Positions 63,433-64,000 of a stretch of 64,000 bases of DNA are shown piece by piece. The position numbers and the translations under genes are program-made. The DNA is taken from the NCBI GenBank assembly GCA_964016885.1, contig OZ024740.1, positions 242,668,001 to 242,732,000 of the forward strand, in the 5' to 3' direction. The stretch is from Eledone cirrhosa (Eukaryota). Under the pieces are notes generated by a model. It did not search any database and had not been told where the DNA came from. It saw nothing but the letters and a program-made list of their open reading frames with translations. Numbering within the stretch: the stretch's first letter is position 1; each line of letters starts with the position of its first letter.

Positions 63433-63851
63433 GCAGAGAATGAGTCACAACACATCATGTCCCAGATTAGGGATTTACCTCTCTTGAATGGGAAAAGAGT
63501 TATTTCATCGAGGTGATTACAATCAGCATGGTTGAGGTCAGCTGGCTCGAGTTGGGATGAGAAGCTGGCTATGTTGATGCTCCTTTTGATGATGTCATTC
63601 AGGACAGCATGTTGTGGGAACTGTCCTGTATGAAGTAGGCATGACAGGGGTTCAGGCCGAACTCATCAACAATAGGCCCACAGCTTATAAGCTCTAACAC
63701 TTATAGTGATAGAGCATATAAGCTCCTTGGTTACATATTTCCTTGTGGTTGTCTAGCTGATATACATACTTTCTGATAAACGCCCTACTCAGCTTCAAAA
63801 TCTGTTAGTGATATTTATCATTTCTTTCAATTTACAAGCAAATATCTATAT

Positions 63852-64000
63852 GCCGGATTCATATCTAATCGATCCACCACCGACCACATTTCTGCCATCC
63901 ACCTCATTATCAAAAGATCTCTGAAGTTCCATAGAGATCACTGCCTCTATGTTACCTTCATCGACCTCAAGGCAGCTTTCAACATGGTCAACCACACATC
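63852..64000 (+). pseudogene. Another LINE RT fragment running off the window
   Basis: AGFISNRSTTDHI..LYVTFIDLKAAFNMVNH (not in the ORF track). Confidence 0.8.

Overview
AT-rich, microsatellite-dense eukaryotic DNA with no recognisable host gene. The repeat content (RTE, CR1, Tx1-like L1, R4/Dong, Penelope-like elements, tRNA-derived SINEs) suggests an invertebrate, most plausibly a coleoid cephalopod (inference only). Every long ORF is either a decayed non-LTR retrotransposon ORF or a translated microsatellite. Structure not shown by the ORF track: (1) About nine type-I hammerhead ribozyme (HHR) motifs from unrelated sequence families. They include a U3-A8 covariant core, and several sit in short, ORF-less, terminally redundant elements in (TA)n. 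One of these elements starts 1 nt after its predicted cleavage site (retrozyme-like). (2) A ~14 kb chain of Tx1-like LINEs, a SINE and an R4/Dong LINE joined mostly through (AAT)n/(ATT)n tails, where the SINE and Tx1 share a 3' terminus. (3) A full-length RTE with an 11-bp TSD and an HDV-like fold candidate at its 5' end. (4) An RTE insertion with a twin-priming inversion. (5) An RLE-LINE repeatedly bounded by (CATA)n. Folds and alignments were done by eye, and most element boundaries are approximate.
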